From assembly GCA_003971905.1 (NCBI GenBank), contig RSEE01000154.1, positions 1 through 64,000 on the forward strand: 64,000 bases of DNA, in the 5' to 3' direction. Each line of letters begins with the position of its first letter. The stretch's first letter is position 1. Positions 61,740-64,000 of the stretch are shown here, piece after piece. Made by a program: the position numbers and the translations under genes. This stretch comes from Moniliella sp. 'wahieum'. Its lineage: Eukaryota. The notes beneath the pieces were generated by a model that worked only from the letters and a program-made list of their open reading frames with translations, searched no databases and was not told the DNA's origin.

Positions 61740-64000
61740 TCAGTGGGTGGGGGGGGCGGACGGGACCGAGCTGTCGGTGATGTTGTGATAGATCAGGCCA
61801 AGCGACGCTTGCAGGGTCTTTTGGTTGACTGCAGATGCACCAAGGCTTCCACGCTTGATCTTGACGGATTGGACGACGACTACAACAACCATGCATGCGA
61901 ATGACGTACCAAGTGAGAGTGCACCAGAGAGTGTATACTTCATCCTGTGTGTGTCAGGCAGCACGTGTGAGAACTAGGCAGTGTCGGAATTGTGGGAAAC
62001 ACCCAACCGAATCCAGGGGAGAGGGGGGGGAGTAAGGGGAGGTAGTAACATACGAGAGCCAGTAGTTGCGCTGACGCGGACGGTTGAAGCAGAATGAGAA
62101 CACCAGGCCAAAGAAGATCCAGGAAGTGTAACTAATCGAGTTATTGGTCGTCCAGTTGGAAATACATCCAAAGATCACAGGCACAACGATCCAGGCTGGT
62201 TGGAAGCGGTAATAGATCATTGGGCTCCAACGCGATAGGGCATAGATAGGGAGAGGCAGCAAAACACCAATCAGGAACCCATACAAAGTCCAAGAGTAGA
62301 GTCGCAAAAGCCATCGTAAGGACCCCCCCGCCCCAGTACAAAATGTCGTTCTCGTATCCAAATAAATCGGATACAACTTCGTTGTTGGACAAGTCGATTG
62401 ATCTATCTTGCTTGGTAAGGGTGTCTTGCATCGTCCAGAACCCAGCATGAGCCAGACCACAGACAAGCTGCACGCCAACTTGCGTAAGAAAGTTGACCCG
62501 AGGAGGAATCTTGAAGTAGTGGCACAGCTTGGAGCCACCGGCAAGAGCGCCGCTTGCTGGACGACATTGTTGCTGAACAGGCTGAACAAGACGAGGCTGG
62601 AGGTATTGTGCTTAAACATGAGGCCTGCAAGGAGGCATGAAAAATGCCGAAGGGAAATTTGGATCCCTGTGATGCCCTGGACCAGGCAGATCGGAACAAT
62701 AACACCACACCCACCAGAAGTGCGACAAGCAGGCCCATACCGGCAGCCCAGTCCGGTACACATGAATCACAGGGATGCAACAGGCGACGCATAGAATAAA
62801 CAGTACAAGGTTCCACCAAGCGGGTACCTGCTTATAGTTGGTGAGGATGGCACGGGTGTGGGGATCGTACGCGTTAGCTGGTTTACGTCGTACCCAGTGG
62901 ATGATATCTTTCCCATGGAAGAGTCCAACATGCACCAACACCGACGCCACCGCAATAAAGGAAAAGAAAATAGCCACAACAGACATGGCAGTCAGGTATG
63001 GGAGCGAGTGACGGTTGTACTCATCGGATGAAAACCAACATGTTCCTCGAGGGTACGGTCACCCACATGGATGCTCGGGTACTGGTACGGAACCGCTTTG
63101 GTATCTTCCTCGTACGGATAGGAATAGGAAAATGGAATGTTACCCATGTGCTGGGTGTTGGTACACATCAGTACCACGCCCAGCACGCATCCACCCAAAA
63201 TCACCCCACCCAACACGCACACCAGAACGTATCGCGGTACAATCAGGGGCGACACGCCCGCCGTCACGACCTCGTACCAATCGAATGAGAGCATGTGCAG
63301 GCCCAGCCCACCGTCGCCACCAAACATGAGGTTGACAGGGAACGAATGGGGTGCAATCCAAGCTAAGAAACTGAATGTCTGAAACGGTATGAAAAACAAT
63401 CGTGGTACCAATTCCCATACGGAGATGAGTCCCAGCGCACCCCAGAACACGTATCGTATAGGCCAGTGGGTGACCCGGATGCCATGCAAAGCGGTCAGTA
63501 CAGCTGCTGTCTCCAGCTGCACTGGCCAAACCATTGGCTCGGGCCAAACAAGTACTTTTTGAGCCAGATGGGAAAGAGGGAAGCCGAGGAGAGGAGCGGT
63601 AATCGAGAGCAGAAAGATAAACCCCTGTTGCCATTGCGTTGCCGCATTATCCATCGCTCCGTCATTGTCGATGGCGACATTGCGTGCCTTCGCCCAGGCT
63701 GTCAGCAACAAAAGTGTCTGGTTGGGACCAGTGGTGATACCAGCAATGACGGTAAGCAGCCTAGAAAAGCCAGGAGGGGGTTAGACAGTTGGTCGACTAG
63801 GAGAGGAATGATCTGGGGAGAGAGTAGGAAGATAAAAAAAGAAAACGTACGCATGTTCCTTACAATTGAAAGGCCCTGGATTGAAAAAACGCTTGTAGGG
63901 CCAATGGTCCGGGTACGGGATCTTGGACATGAGCAGGCCGAATCCATATGCAAAGGGCTGGATAAGCACAGATCCTACCAACATCGAAGCATCACCACTT
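61740..64000 (-). CDS. OPT-family oligopeptide transporter, 5' end outside the window; introns 63761-63850 and 61945-62053
   Basis: FNPGPFNCKEH, MVWP..L..ALH, GGLGLHMLSFDW, DPHTR...YKQVPAWW, YTLSGAL..GT, with many hydrophobic segments. Confidence 0.88.

Noticed and set aside
7920..64000. Mass pseudogenisation or programmed frameshifting of the genes
   Set aside because: Indels hit essential genes (RPA135, COP1, RAD3, SEC18) evenly, often at homopolymers, while protein motifs stay intact. Sequencing error is the simpler explanation.

Overview
Eukaryotic, GC-rich fungal DNA with short GT-AG introns carrying CTRAC branch points. Gene style suggests a basidiomycete, probably Ustilaginomycotina (inference only). 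Almost every conserved gene has several 1-nt indels, mostly at homopolymers, so the sequence looks like an unpolished long-read assembly. Gene models below were rebuilt by eye across frames and their ends are approximate. The first ~7 kb looks like a chromosome-end or accessory region. It holds a 40-bp satellite, a ~140-bp satellite with telomere-like CCCTAA motifs, an ~80-bp direct repeat pair, several orphan ORFs, a signal-peptide protein built from three ~148-aa repeats, and a tRNA-like Pol III element. The rest is mostly housekeeping genes: SSD1, a secreted aspartic protease, RPA135, QCR10, WAPL/Rad61-like, Kish, a GMC oxidoreductase, STE14, COP1, RCM1, RAD3, an F-box gene, BUB3, SEC18, NADP-GDH, a Swt1-like PIN nuclease, a MAG1-like glycosylase and an OPT transporter cut by the window end. 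Four gene pairs are divergent with spacers of about 225-310 bp.
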